Source of the DNA: Nitrosopumilaceae archaeon | GTDB lineage: Archaea; Thermoproteota; Nitrososphaeria; Nitrososphaerales; Nitrosopumilaceae | Length of the DNA stretch: 64,000 nucleotides | NCBI GenBank assembly: GCA_965203465.1 | Contig: CBDBCR010000003.1 | Span: forward strand, 832,001 to 896,000 | Reading direction: 5' to 3' | Part shown: piece by piece, positions 37,641-48,083 of the stretch | Position numbering within the stretch: position 1 is the first letter of the stretch | How the letters are laid out: every line of letters begins with the position of its first letter | The notes under the pieces: generated by a model | Databases searched by the model: none | What the model saw: only the letters and a program-made list of their open reading frames with translations | What the model was told of the DNA's origin: nothing | Made by a program: the position numbers and the translations under genes

Positions 37641-39149
37641 TCAGAGGCCGAAGACCCTCTTGAAGTACGCGTCGTGCTCGGCCGGCTCCTCGCGGTCGTC
37701 CGTGCCGGCCAGCGACTTTGCCAGGTTCTTTTTGTAGCCCAGCTGCATCTGCCTCTGTATCTGTATGCGCTGCGCCTGCGGCGAGCCGGCCCCGTGCATC
37801 GATTCGGTGAGGTACCCGACCGCGTTGCGGCCCAGCGTCATGTTCTCTATGAGGCGCAGCACCCTCATGCGGTTCTCCACATCGACGCCCTTGCGGCCGG
37901 CAAGGTACTTGCGGACCAGCCTGCCCGTCTCCGGCGAGCGCAGCTCTTTTTCGGACGGCATGGTGACCACGAGCCCGCCGGCTATGTCCTGGGCCAGCCT
38001 GCCTATCTCGTATGGGAACCGGGTGACGTTGTGCTTGCAGACCTGCGCCAGCATGTCGTCGTTGATGTAGACGCCGGAGCCGAGCCGGTGGCCCTGGTAC
38101 GACGAGGCGATGCCGGCCGCGTATATGGTCTCGTTGAGGTGCGTCATCTCGGTGAGCTTGTCCTTTATGTGCGAGACCTTGGGCACGCCGTTGTAGTCTG
38201 CTATGGTGGCCGCCGCGCCTATCAGCACGTCGCCAAGGCCCGTCTTGCAGACGTAGCTGCGCCGGTGGTAGCAGGTGAACCTCTCTACGAGCATGGAGGC
38301 GAACTCGTGCTCGCCGTCCATGAAGACGTATTCCCACGGTATGAAGACCCGGTCGAATATCATCAGCGCCTCCTGCCCGCCGAACCGCGAGTTGCCCACG
38401 TCTATGTCTCCGCCCTCCATGCTGCGCGTGTCGCACGACTGGCGGCCGTAGATGTACGTGATGCCCTCGGCGTCGGCCGGCACCGCGCCGACCACGGCCC
38501 ACTGCTTGTCCTGCTCGGTGAGCCGGATGGTGGGCATGACGATTATCCAGTGCGAGTTTATGCATCCGGTCTGGTGCGCCTTTGCGCCGGATATGTACAG
38601 GCCCTTTTCGTCGCGGTCCACCACGCGCGTGAACAGGTCGGGGTCGTCCTGCTCGGACGGCGCCTTGCTGCGGTCGCCCTTCGGGTCGGTCATGGCGCCG
38701 CCTATCACCAGGTTCTCGCGCTGCACCGCCTTTACGAACTCGAGGAACCTCTTGTGGTATCCGGTGCCGTGCTTTTGGTCTATCTCGAAGGTGGTCGAGT
38801 GCAGCGAGTTGAGCGCGTCCATGCCGACGCACCGCTGGAAGCAGGTACCCGTGTTCTGGCCCAGCTTGCGCTGCATCTTGTTCTGCCGCACCAGGTCCTG
38901 GGCGCTCTCGGCTATGTGCAGGAAGCGGTTGACCCGCAGGCCCGTTATGGAAGAATCGGCAGAGGCCAGCTCGGGCTCGCGCGCGGCCAGATCGTAGGTC
39001 TCGGCGACCGCGTTGATGGACGGCCTTATCATGGGGTGGTCGACGGGCTCCTTGACCAGCTCGCCGAACAGGTACACCCTCATATCGCGCCCGCGCAGGC
39101 TCTCTATGTAGTCGTCGCCGCTGCGGATGGTCTTGAGGACGCTGGCCAC
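37641..39149 (-). CDS. hcd: 4-hydroxybutyryl-CoA dehydratase (HP/HB carbon-fixation cycle)
   Basis: TCFQRCVGMD, AMTDPKGDRS, GAKAHQTG, YHRRSYVCKTG, SMHGAGSPQAQ. Confidence 0.93.
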   Translation of the reverse strand: MASVLKTIRSGDDYIESLRGRDMRVYLFGELVKEPVDHPMIRPSINAVAETYDLAAREPELASADSSITGLRVNRFLHIAESAQDLVRQNKMQRKLGQNTGTCFQRCVGMDALNSLHSTTFEIDQKHGTGYHKRFLEFVKAVQRENLVIGGAMTDPKGDRSKAPSEQDDPDLFTRVVDRDEKGLYISGAKAHQTGCINSHWIIVMPTIRLTEQDKQWAVVGAVPADAEGITYIYGRQSCDTRSMEGGDIDVGNSRFGGQEALMIFDRVFIPWEYVFMDGEHEFASMLVERFTCYHRRSYVCKTGLGDVLIGAAATIADYNGVPKVSHIKDKLTEMTHLNETIYAAGIASSYQGHRLGSGVYINDDMLAQVCKHNVTRFPYEIGRLAQDIAGGLVVTMPSEKELRSPETGRLVRKYLAGRKGVDVENRMRVLRLIENMTLGRNAVGYLTESMHGAGSPQAQRIQIQRQMQLGYKKNLAKSLAGTDDREEPAEHDAYFKRVFGL

Positions 39150-39225
39150 TGGCCCCCCTCTCCGGCCGCCCGACGTATAAACATTGCACCGCGACAGATA
39201 ATTACTCGGCGGCGCGCCGGGCACC

Positions 39226-39870
39226 GTGGAGCCGGAGAGCATATCCGAGGCGCCGGTCAGCGTGCTGTTCGACACGGCGGCCATAAAGGGCGACGTCTGG
39301 GAGATAGACATCGTGGAGATACTCGGGATGCTCGCGCGCATCCTCGAGAGGGGCGGCAAGAAAGACCTGCGCGTGGCCGGCATGGCGGCGCTCTCCTCGT
39401 CGCTCATATACAGGATGAAGGTCGAGAGCATATTCGCCCTGCAGAGGGCCGGCGCCGACAAGAGGCGCGCGGTGCAGAGGAGGGACGTAAAGATACATCT
39501 GGTCAACATGCCGTACAGGCACGAGTCCACCTACCCCGTGACGCTCGACGACCTGCTCGGCCTGCTGGAGAGCCTGATATCGTCGATGGCCAACCCAAAG
39601 ACCTCGAGGAGGGGCCTGGACATACAGCCTGTCGAAGAGCCCGACTTTGCCGAGTACATGATAGCGCTCGAGGACGTCATAGCCGGCTACGAATCTCTGA
39701 TAATGAAGAAGGTGGGCCAGCCCGGCTGGGACGGCACTCTCCAGGACGTGGTCGCGGACCTGGGCAGGAGGGACGCGATACGGTGCTTTTTCGCAATGCT
39801 GTTCCTCGCTCGCGACGGCAGGCTGGAGCTGGAGCAGGACGGCGACGACATACGGATACGGGCGGCGTAG
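39226..39870 (+). CDS. scpA: Segregation/condensation protein ScpA
   Basis: WEIDIVEIL, PVTLDDLL, FFAMLFLA; upstream of scpB. Confidence 0.8.
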   Translation: MEPESISEAPVSVLFDTAAIKGDVWEIDIVEILGMLARILERGGKKDLRVAGMAALSSSLIYRMKVESIFALQRAGADKRRAVQRRDVKIHLVNMPYRHESTYPVTLDDLLGLLESLISSMANPKTSRRGLDIQPVEEPDFAEYMIALEDVIAGYESLIMKKVGQPGWDGTLQDVVADLGRRDAIRCFFAMLFLARDGRLELEQDGDDIRIRAA

Positions 39871-39871
39871 C

Positions 39872-40411
39872 ATGGCAGACGACCCCTCGGCGCGCATAGA
39901 GGCGGCGCTGTACTCGGCGGGCAGGCCGTTGCGGCTAGAGGAGATAGTCAGGGCCTCGGGGACCGAGTCGCGCGCAAAGACCGTCGAGCTGCTCGAAAAG
40001 ATAACAAAGAGGACAAGGTCCGCGTTCCGCGCCCTCGAGGTGGCCGTGCTGCCCGACGGCACGTACGTCTTCCAGCTAAAGCCCGAGTACACCGACATCG
40101 CGCGCAGGTACGCCTCGCGGCCGGTCATATCGCGGGCAACCGGCAAGACGCTCTCGTACATCGCTTACAACCAGCCCGTCTCGACGCGCCAGCTGGTAGA
40201 GACGCGCGGCTCGGGCGTCTACGCCCACCTCAAGGAGCTGCGGCAGCTGGACTTTGTGCGGGCCGAGCGCGTCGGCAGGCTGGGCATCTACACCACGAGC
40301 GAAAAGTTCCAAAAGTACTTTGGGATACAGGGCGACGCGGACACGCTGCGCGAAAAGCTCTTCAAGAGGGTCAGGAAGGTCTCCGAATCGGTCGGCGATC
40401 CTATAAATTAG
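39872..40411 (+). CDS. scpB: SMC-Scp complex subunit ScpB
   Basis: IEAALYSAGRP, TLSYIAYNQPV, YTTSEKFQKYFG. Confidence 0.9.
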   Translation: MADDPSARIEAALYSAGRPLRLEEIVRASGTESRAKTVELLEKITKRTRSAFRALEVAVLPDGTYVFQLKPEYTDIARRYASRPVISRATGKTLSYIAYNQPVSTRQLVETRGSGVYAHLKELRQLDFVRAERVGRLGIYTTSEKFQKYFGIQGDADTLREKLFKRVRKVSESVGDPIN

Positions 40412-40431
40412 AGCCGCCCCGGCCCCGGCCC

Positions 40432-40809
40432 ATGCGCAAGGCGGTGGAGAACTTGGCGACCAGCAAGGTTACCGGCGGAAGGCGCCACCCGCTGCGCGCC
40501 CGCAGAAAGTACGAGACGGACAGGTACCCCAACGAGGCGCTACCCGGCCCGCAGGTGACCGTCACCCGGAGGGTGCGCGGCCACGGCTCCAAGACGGCGC
40601 TAAAGACCGTCGATTTCGCCAACCTGGCCTCGGGCGGCTCCGTAAAGAAGGTGAAGATAACCAAGGTCCTGGAAAACCCCACGAACAACGACTACCGGCG
40701 CAGGGGCGTGATCACCAAGGGCGCGGTGATAGAGACCGAGGGGGGCAGGTGCCGCGTGGTGTCGCGGCCCGGCCAGGACGGCGCGGTCAACGCCGTGCCG
40801 CAGGCATGA
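40432..40809 (+). CDS. rps8e: 30S ribosomal protein S8e
   Basis: TGGRR...RKYE, RRGVITKGAVI, SRPGQDG. Confidence 0.95.
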   Translation: MRKAVENLATSKVTGGRRHPLRARRKYETDRYPNEALPGPQVTVTRRVRGHGSKTALKTVDFANLASGGSVKKVKITKVLENPTNNDYRRRGVITKGAVIETEGGRCRVVSRPGQDGAVNAVPQA

Positions 40810-41102
40810 AGGACTATTCTACGATAGTGGTCTGGCTGGACTACTTTAACAGGACGCTGCCCCGCTCGTCGGGCCGGCGCCTAAAGAAGGAGGCCTGCGT
40901 GTACGATCCGTCCATAAAGGACCTGGCCGCGGCGGCCGAGGCGGCCGGCTACAAGGTCTCCGAGACGAGGGACGGGGCCAGGTACCCGCGCAGGCCGTAC
41001 GTCAGATCCGGCTACGTGGTGGTGCCAAAGTCCGGATCCAAGGCGGCGGCCCTGGCCCGGATAGGGGCCAGGCTGGCCGATGGAAAAAAAACACACCATT
41101 AG
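40806..41102 (+). CDS. srp19: Signal recognition particle SRP19
   Basis: VWLDYFN...R..GRR, YPR....SGYV. Confidence 0.85.
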   Translation: MKDYSTIVVWLDYFNRTLPRSSGRRLKKEACVYDPSIKDLAAAAEAAGYKVSETRDGARYPRRPYVRSGYVVVPKSGSKAAALARIGARLADGKKTHH

Positions 41103-41156
41103 CTTAAAAAAATTTCACACCCCCCATTCAAAAGCGATCCCGGCGAGGGGTGGACG

Positions 41157-41387
41157 ATGCAGGAAGTGGGACGAGTGGCTCACCTGGCCGGGAGCGGCAG
41201 GGTGATAGTGAAACTGTCCAGGGAGGTGCCCGAGGGCGGCATACTGTACGATTCAAAGTCGGCCCGGATAGCCAGGGTGATGGAGATGATAGGGCCCGTA
41301 AAGAGCCCGTACGCCTCGGCTGCCCCGCTGACCAACAACACGAGGAGGCTGCCGGGCAGGCGGCTGTACGCGGAGGTGCCCAGATGA
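41157..41387 (+). CDS. gar1: H/ACA RNP protein Gar1
   Basis: IARV.E.IGPVKSPY; srp19-gar1-tfb context. Confidence 0.8.
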   Translation: MQEVGRVAHLAGSGRVIVKLSREVPEGGILYDSKSARIARVMEMIGPVKSPYASAAPLTNNTRRLPGRRLYAEVPR

Positions 41388-42337
41388 GCGCCGAGATACT
41401 CAGCTGCCCCGAGTGCGACAACTCGCTCGTCCACGACGTGGACTGCGGCGAGAAGATATGCTCCGGCTGCGGCGTGGTCGTCGAGGAGCGCACCGCCTAC
41501 TACGGGCACGAATCCTCGTCGGGCGACGCCGACGAGCGCCTCAGGAACTCGCGCGCCGCCGGCCAGATGACGCTCATGCAGCACGACTTTGGCATAACGA
41601 CGGACATCGCCGACACGGGCCGCGACTACAGCGGCAAGCGCATCAACGGCGAGATCGCCGGCAAGATATACAACATGCGCAGGTGGCAGACCCGGGTGAG
41701 GGTGTCCAAGCCTCGCGACAGGCGGCTGGTCAACGTGCTGACCAGGATCTCGGAGATGTGCGACAACATGGGGCTGCCCAACAACGTGGCAGAGACGGCC
41801 TCGATGGCGTACAGGGAGGTGGAGCGCCAGATGGGCATAAAGAACAAGTCCATAGTGGCGGTGTCGGCGGCGGTCATACAGATGGCCTGCAAGAGGTGCG
41901 GCGTGATACGCTCGCCCGAGGAGATATGCAGGTCCGTCTGCACGCCCGCCGAGGCCAGGAAGAAGGCCAGGCTGGCCTCGCGGTTCTACAGGGAGATGGC
42001 CATAGAGCTGGGCCCCGTGGCGGCCCCGGCGCTCTCCATAGACAAGTACATTTCCAAGATATCGAGCATGACGCGCACCGACGTGCGCGTCGAGCGCCTG
42101 GCCCTCGAGATAGCAGAAAAGACAAAGGGCGGGAGCGTCTCGGACGGCAAGGCGCCAAACGGCGTAGCCGCCGCGTACCTGTACGTGGCCTCGACGCTGC
42201 TCGGCCAGACCGTGCTCCAGAGGGAGATATCGGCGGCTGCCGGCGTGACCGAGGTGACCATCAGGAACCGCTGCAAGGAGATACTCGCCGAGAGGCGCGT
42301 GCGCATCGTGCTGCGCCCCTCGCTGGCCGGCCCTTAG
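41384..42337 (+). CDS. tfb: Transcription initiation factor IIB (TFB)
   Basis: CPEC..CSGCG Zn ribbon; GKAPNGVAAA; AGVTEVTIRNR. Confidence 0.93.
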   Translation: MSAEILSCPECDNSLVHDVDCGEKICSGCGVVVEERTAYYGHESSSGDADERLRNSRAAGQMTLMQHDFGITTDIADTGRDYSGKRINGEIAGKIYNMRRWQTRVRVSKPRDRRLVNVLTRISEMCDNMGLPNNVAETASMAYREVERQMGIKNKSIVAVSAAVIQMACKRCGVIRSPEEICRSVCTPAEARKKARLASRFYREMAIELGPVAAPALSIDKYISKISSMTRTDVRVERLALEIAEKTKGGSVSDGKAPNGVAAAYLYVASTLLGQTVLQREISAAAGVTEVTIRNRCKEILAERRVRIVLRPSLAGP

Positions 42338-42388
42338 GCAGAGCTAAATTCCGCGGGCATTATATAACCAACTCGCGCGGCCGGGCGC

Positions 42389-43146
<758 letters not shown>

Positions 43147-43150
<4 letters not shown>

Positions 43151-43806
43151 CGTTCTACCTGGGGTTCAACTTTTTCCGTATAGATCCCAAGTGGCGTTGG
43201 ATGGCGGATCTGGCAAAGGAGGAATCCGCAAAGGAGGCAGAAGCGGTGCTGTCCGGCTCGGGCGCGCGCACGCGCGTGTACTCTACGCTGGGCCTGCGCG
43301 GCGAGGCAGACGCGCTGTTCTGGTTCGGCGCCCCCGAGGTCGAGGGCATCCAGCGCGCCGTCTCGCGCCTGTACTCTACCGTCTTGGGCAAGTACCTGCT
43401 GCCCGCCCGCGCGTACCTGTCCTGCACGAGGCCGTCGGCGTACGCGCCGCCCGGCAGGCCCATCCCCTTCGAGGAGGGCAGGGAGCCCAAAAAGTACGCG
43501 GTGGTGTACCCGTTCACCAAGAGCCGCGAGTGGTACCTGCTGCCCCGCGCCGAGAGGCAGCAGATGATGGACGAGCACATCGAGATCGGGCGCAGGCACC
43601 CGGGCGTGGATCTAAACACGACGTACTCGTTCGGCATAGACGACCAGGACTTTATGCTCGCATTCGAGACCGACGAGCTGCGCGACTTTCAGGATCTGAT
43701 AATGGAGCTCAGGGAGTCGCGCGTCTCGCGGTACGTGGTGCAGGACACGCCCATGATCCCGTGCGTCAGCACCGGTGTCTCTTCCCTGGTCTCCAGCTTG
43801 GGCTAG
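43147..43806 (+). CDS. Chlorite dismutase / coproheme decarboxylase family protein
   Basis: YPFTKSREWYLLP..ER..MM.EH, YSFGIDDQDF. Confidence 0.88.
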
Positions 43807-43835
43807 CCCGCCATGTCGCGCAAAAAAAGATCGCC

Positions 43836-44480
43836 CTAACTAGCGGGGCTGGCTATGTTGAACGTGTATGTGACCGTCAGCGATTCGCCGGTCGCCAGAG
43901 GCGTGGTGCCCGTCAGGGCCACGGTCGCGAACAGCGGGGCCGTGCAGCCGCGCACGTCCGCGTCCGTAGACGAGGCCGCGCATATGCCTATCTGCCGCGG
44001 CGTGTCGCCGTTGTACCAGTTGTTGGTGGCGGTGGTTCCCACGTCGAAGGTCAGCGGCCCGACCACGGCCGTGCCGGCGGTGGACAGGTCCACGCTGTCG
44101 TCGGTCTTGCAGTTGACCGCCGATGAGCTTGCGTTGTCGTCGGCGTCGGCGTTTGTGTTGAACGTCGCGGCCGCCATGGCTTCGGCAGGAGCCGTGTCGT
44201 CGGCGCTCAGGCAGATCGCCCCTATCTGGACGTTGTCCGCCACAGCGGTGGTGCCTTCCGCGAAGGCCTGCTGCAGTATGTGCTGCTCTCCCGCGTTCAG
44301 GAGCTGGTTGTGGACCGTCTCGGTGCTCAGCACGTTGCCGTCGGCGTCCAGGTGCTGGACGACGGCGACCCCGTAAAAGACCGGGCCGGTCTGCGGCGCG
44401 GCCCCGAGGGGGAGCGCCGCGGCCATGCCCACCGCCAGTATCCCGGCGCATGCCAGAGATGCTACGTATGCCTTGTTCAT
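43836..44480 (-). CDS. Secreted hypothetical protein
   Basis: Signal peptide followed by a beta-rich domain ending LATGESLTVTYTF. Confidence 0.7.
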   Translation of the reverse strand: MNKAYVASLACAGILAVGMAAALPLGAAPQTGPVFYGVAVVQHLDADGNVLSTETVHNQLLNAGEQHILQQAFAEGTTAVADNVQIGAICLSADDTAPAEAMAAATFNTNADADDNASSSAVNCKTDDSVDLSTAGTAVVGPLTFDVGTTATNNWYNGDTPRQIGICAASSTDADVRGCTAPLFATVALTGTTPLATGESLTVTYTFNIASPAS

Positions 44481-44579
44481 GGGTGGGCGCCGGCGCCTGT
44501 ATAAAAAAAGGTTTCTTGGAATCGGGGGAAAATGGGGCCCGCGGGAAGGTTAAATTGCCCGGGCCGGGCGCGGCAACCC

Positions 44580-45563
44580 GTGAAGTACAGGCGCCTGGGC
44601 GGCTCGGGCATCCTGGTCTCCGAGATAGGCTTCGGGGCCTGGGCCATCGCGCTGGATTGGTGGGGCAAGAAGGTGGAAAAGGGCGAGGCGCTGCGCATGA
44701 TAAGGCGCGCCTTTGACCTCGGCGTCACGCTCTTCGAGACCGCCGACATGTACGGCAGGGGCAGGAGCGAGGAGCTGCTCGGCGAGGCCCTCGAGGGCAG
44801 GATGGGCGAGGTGGTGATATCGACAAAGTACGGGTACGACTTTGGCTCGGCAGAGCAGGTGGGCCACGCGGAGCTGCCGCAGCGCTTCGACGAAGAGTTC
44901 ACGCGCAGGGCCCTCGAGGCCAGCCTGGGGCGCCTGGGCGCCGACAGCGTCGGCGTGTACGGCCTGCACAACCCAAAGCTGCGCCACGTGCGCGACGACG
45001 GCGTGTTCAAGGTGATGGAGTCGCTCATAGCCGAGGGGCGCGCGGGCGCCTGCCAGGTGGCCCTCGGCCCGGCCATAGGCTGGCTGCGCGAGGGGCTCGA
45101 GGCCATGGACAGGCCGCAGGTCTCGGCGGTGCAGACCGTCTACAACGTACTGGAGCAGGATCCGGGCAACGAGCTCATGCGCAGGGCCCAAGAGACGGAC
45201 ACCGGCGTGCTCTGCAGGGTGCCGGACGCCTCGGGGATACTGACCGGCAAGGTCGGCGCCGACACCAAGATAGACGAAAAGGATCACCGCTCGGTGCGCA
45301 AGGGCGAGTGGGTGCGCGCCTCGCTGGCCAAGGTCGAGCAGCTGCGCCCCATAGCCGAGGGGCTGGGCATGACCGTCACAGAGCTTGCGGTAAAGTTCAT
45401 ACTCTCCAAAGACGCGGCCTCTGCGGTCCTGCCGACCGTCGTGAGCGTCGAAGAGGTGGAGCAGTTTGCCGCCATGTCCGACGGCTCGTACGTAGGGAGG
45501 GCAGAGATGGGGCGCATCGCCGAGCTGTTCGCCTCGTGGCCCGCCTACGAGATAAAGGCCTAG
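44580..45563 (+). CDS. Aldo/keto reductase
   Basis: VSEIGFGAW, FETADMYG.G.SE, ISTK, QTVYN. Confidence 0.92.
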   Translation: MKYRRLGGSGILVSEIGFGAWAIALDWWGKKVEKGEALRMIRRAFDLGVTLFETADMYGRGRSEELLGEALEGRMGEVVISTKYGYDFGSAEQVGHAELPQRFDEEFTRRALEASLGRLGADSVGVYGLHNPKLRHVRDDGVFKVMESLIAEGRAGACQVALGPAIGWLREGLEAMDRPQVSAVQTVYNVLEQDPGNELMRRAQETDTGVLCRVPDASGILTGKVGADTKIDEKDHRSVRKGEWVRASLAKVEQLRPIAEGLGMTVTELAVKFILSKDAASAVLPTVVSVEEVEQFAAMSDGSYVGRAEMGRIAELFASWPAYEIKA

Positions 45564-46543
45564 ACAAAGTATTCCACGCGCGACTTTTTGAACTCGCGCG
45601 AGCTGAACAGGATGTCGTACTCTGAGACGCCCACGTGCGCCTCTATCTGCGAGGCCACCTGCCGCGCCTCGCCCACGGTCCTGCAGTGGATCATGGAAAA
45701 GACGTTGTACGGCCAGTCGGGGTATGTGGGCCGCTGGTAGCAGTGGCTCACCTGCGGGAACGCGCCCAGCTTGGAGCCGACCTCCTGTATGCGCGCCTCG
45801 GGCACCTTCCAGACTATCATGCCGTTGGCCGTGAAGCCGGCGTCGCGGTGGCGCAGGATGGCCGCGAAGCGGCGCAGCACCCCGATCTCCTGGTAGCCGC
45901 GCAGCCGCTCGAATATCTCGGCCGTCCCGATGCCCAGCGATCTTGCGTACCCCGAGAACGGCTCGTCGGTTATCTCCAGGTCGCGCTGCAGGTGGCGCAC
46001 GAACTCCTTGTCGCTCTCGGTCGGCGAGAACTCTTTGGCGGGCGCGCCGGCCCCGCCCTCGGTCGGGCTGACCGGGCGCTTTTCGTCCTCGACCATGTCC
46101 AGCTTTACTCCGATCTTGAAGAGGCGCAGCGTGGGCAGCATCCGCACGCGCCGCACGCCGGGCAGCCCGGAGAACTTTTCCAGCTCCTGCTCGACCGACG
46201 AGCCGGGCGGGACGGCTATGGTGAACCACAGGTTGAAGTCGTTGCGCCGCTCGTAGTTGTGGCTGACGCCGGGGTGCTCGTTGACCCTGGCGGCCACCCG
46301 CTCGAGCATGCCCGGCTCGACGTCCATGGCCACCAGCGAGCTCTTGTAGCCGAGCTTGCGCGTGTCGAATATGGCGCTAAGCTGGCGCAGTATCCCGCCC
46401 TTTTTGAGGCGCCGCAGCCTGTCCATCATCTGCTCGGGCCCGATGCCGAACCTCGCGGCCAGCTCGTGGTAGGGCTTTTCCACGAGCGGGAACGTCCACT
46501 GGATCTCGTTGAGGATCTCGCGGTCCAGCTTGTCGAGTTCCAA
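45560..46543 (-). CDS. Siroheme decarboxylase AhbA/B-like fused Lrp/AsnC protein
   Basis: Two repeats: FPL..KPY, VSHNYER..FNLWF, and VSHCYQRP..PDWPYNVFSMIH. Confidence 0.85.
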   Translation of the reverse strand: MELDKLDREILNEIQWTFPLVEKPYHELAARFGIGPEQMMDRLRRLKKGGILRQLSAIFDTRKLGYKSSLVAMDVEPGMLERVAARVNEHPGVSHNYERRNDFNLWFTIAVPPGSSVEQELEKFSGLPGVRRVRMLPTLRLFKIGVKLDMVEDEKRPVSPTEGGAGAPAKEFSPTESDKEFVRHLQRDLEITDEPFSGYARSLGIGTAEIFERLRGYQEIGVLRRFAAILRHRDAGFTANGMIVWKVPEARIQEVGSKLGAFPQVSHCYQRPTYPDWPYNVFSMIHCRTVGEARQVASQIEAHVGVSEYDILFSSREFKKSRVEYFV

Positions 46544-46609
46544 CGCGCCCCTTCCCCGCCGTTTGGAATTAAAGTGTACCCCGGCAGGGGCGTAAAAAAG
46601 GGGGGAGTG

Positions 46610-46744
46610 TCAGTGTTCTGCGTCCTTGCAGGGATCCTGCTTGCATTCGCAGGTGGCATCGCAGTAGCATTCGCTCTGCATGGCGCAGTCGCACTCGCAG
46701 CTGTTCGCCGCCTGTGCCGCGCACCCGCATGCCGCGTCTGACAT
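46610..46744 (-). CDS. Metallothionein-like Cys-rich small protein (44 aa)
   Basis: MSDAACGCAAQAANSCECDCAMQSECYCDATCECKQDPCKDAEH; TATA at ~46766-46773; T6 tract after the stop. Confidence 0.75.
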   Translation of the reverse strand: MSDAACGCAAQAANSCECDCAMQSECYCDATCECKQDPCKDAEH

Positions 46745-46766
46745 GGCAGGACTTTGTTCTAAGGGT

Positions 46767-47558
46767 TTAAAAAGTTGATCCCAGGGCGCGCGCGCAGGCG
46801 CTACGCACCCGAGCGGCCGAATCGGGCGAGGCCGCGTCCAGGTCCATGGCTATGCGGGCCGGCCGCCCCAGATCCTCGGCCGGGGAGTGCCCCAGCAGGC
46901 GCCGGGCCAGCGAGGCCAGGTACAGGTAGCAGGCGGCAGGCGTGGGCGACATGGCCGCGCGCTTGGCCCGCAGCATGTGGGGTGGCGGGCCCGAGCCGAT
47001 CGATTCGGATATGGCCACGACGGATTCGCACATGCGCGAGAGCAGGGTGGGCGAGGCCCTCTCCAGGCCCAGCTCCGCCAAGATCGGCGCCGGGGCGCCG
47101 CGCAGGGCCGCCAGGCCGTGCGTGGGAGACGGCCTGACGCCGGACGCGGCCATGTGCGCCTCGGCAAGGCGCAGCGCGCCGGCCTTTGCCCACATGGCAG
47201 AGCGCCAGCCCCGGTCGGCCTCGGCGAGCGCGCAGCACTCGGCGGCCTCAACGGCCAGGCCGCGCGAGTACGCCCTGAGGACCTTTTCGGGCCGCAGCGC
47301 CGAGAGGGCCGTGCGCAGATCCCAAGAGCCGTCGCGGAGCACCCTCATGCCCAGGTAGTGGGCGGCCCTCTCGGGCCGCATGTCCGAAATGTCCGCGTGG
47401 CTCACGCGCACCGGGCCCCGGTACTCGTCGGGCCCGGGCCCGTCGAAGACGGTCACGTTGTAGTCGCACTCTTGCAGGGGCCCGCCGCCGGCGCGGCACC
47501 CGCCTAGGCCGGCCGGCGCGTCCCCCGGCACCAGCTCCAGCAGGTCTTCGTCGCGCAA
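46767..47558 (-). CDS. Hypothetical protein (nucleotidyltransferase-like N-terminus)
   Basis: GLGGCR...ECDYNVTVFD resembles the GS..DxD pattern. Confidence 0.55.
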   Translation of the reverse strand: MRDEDLLELVPGDAPAGLGGCRAGGGPLQECDYNVTVFDGPGPDEYRGPVRVSHADISDMRPERAAHYLGMRVLRDGSWDLRTALSALRPEKVLRAYSRGLAVEAAECCALAEADRGWRSAMWAKAGALRLAEAHMAASGVRPSPTHGLAALRGAPAPILAELGLERASPTLLSRMCESVVAISESIGSGPPPHMLRAKRAAMSPTPAACYLYLASLARRLLGHSPAEDLGRPARIAMDLDAASPDSAARVRSACARALGSTF

Positions 47559-47635
47559 CGGCCACGGCCCGGCGCGGCCCGCCTTAAGGCTTGTTCGGGT
47601 TGCTTTAAATTGGAAACTCGGGGCGCGCGCCCCGA

Positions 47636-47711
47636 GCTCCTGTGGTGTAGTCCGGCTAAGCATACTGCCCTCTCAAGGCAGTGATCTCGGGTTCAAATCC
47701 CGACGGGAGCA
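47636..47711 (+). tRNA. tRNA-Glu(CTC)
   Basis: GCTCCTG/CGGGAGC acceptor stem, CTGCC-CT CTC AA-GGCAG anticodon arm, GGTTCAAATCC T-arm. Confidence 0.93.
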
Positions 47712-47954
47712 TCGCACCCGTCCCGCGGGGGGCGCGGCGGTTTTCGCGGAAACCCGATCGCCGAAATAGCGCTTGCCGGGCCTAGCGGTCGTGTAAGAAC
47801 CCAGCGCGGTCCGTCTGCCGGGAACCGCCCGCCCGAGTCAGCCTCGGAGGGGGCGGATCTTCCGTCGCCGCTAGATCGCAACGGCGGGGCGGCGGCAAAA
47901 GGCGAACTCGGGGCCGGCGTGCGCGAATTGGACGCGTCCGGCGCGTCGGGCTTG

Positions 47955-48038
47955 GGCAATTCGTGTTTTCGTGCCTGCGCGGCAACGGGATCGGCCGAAA
48001 ACCGGCCCCGCCCAAGCACGGATTGCAAAAGTGCCGAA
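47955..48038. repeat. Palindromic repeat family 2, copy A
   Basis: GGCAATTCGTGTTTTCGTGCCTGCGC...CAAGCACGGATTGCAAAAGTGCCGAA; aligns without gaps to 53178..53261. Confidence 0.85.
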
Positions 48039-48083
48039 GCCGCCGTTGGTAATGGTTATTAACTCGCGTGCGGCAAACGCGGC

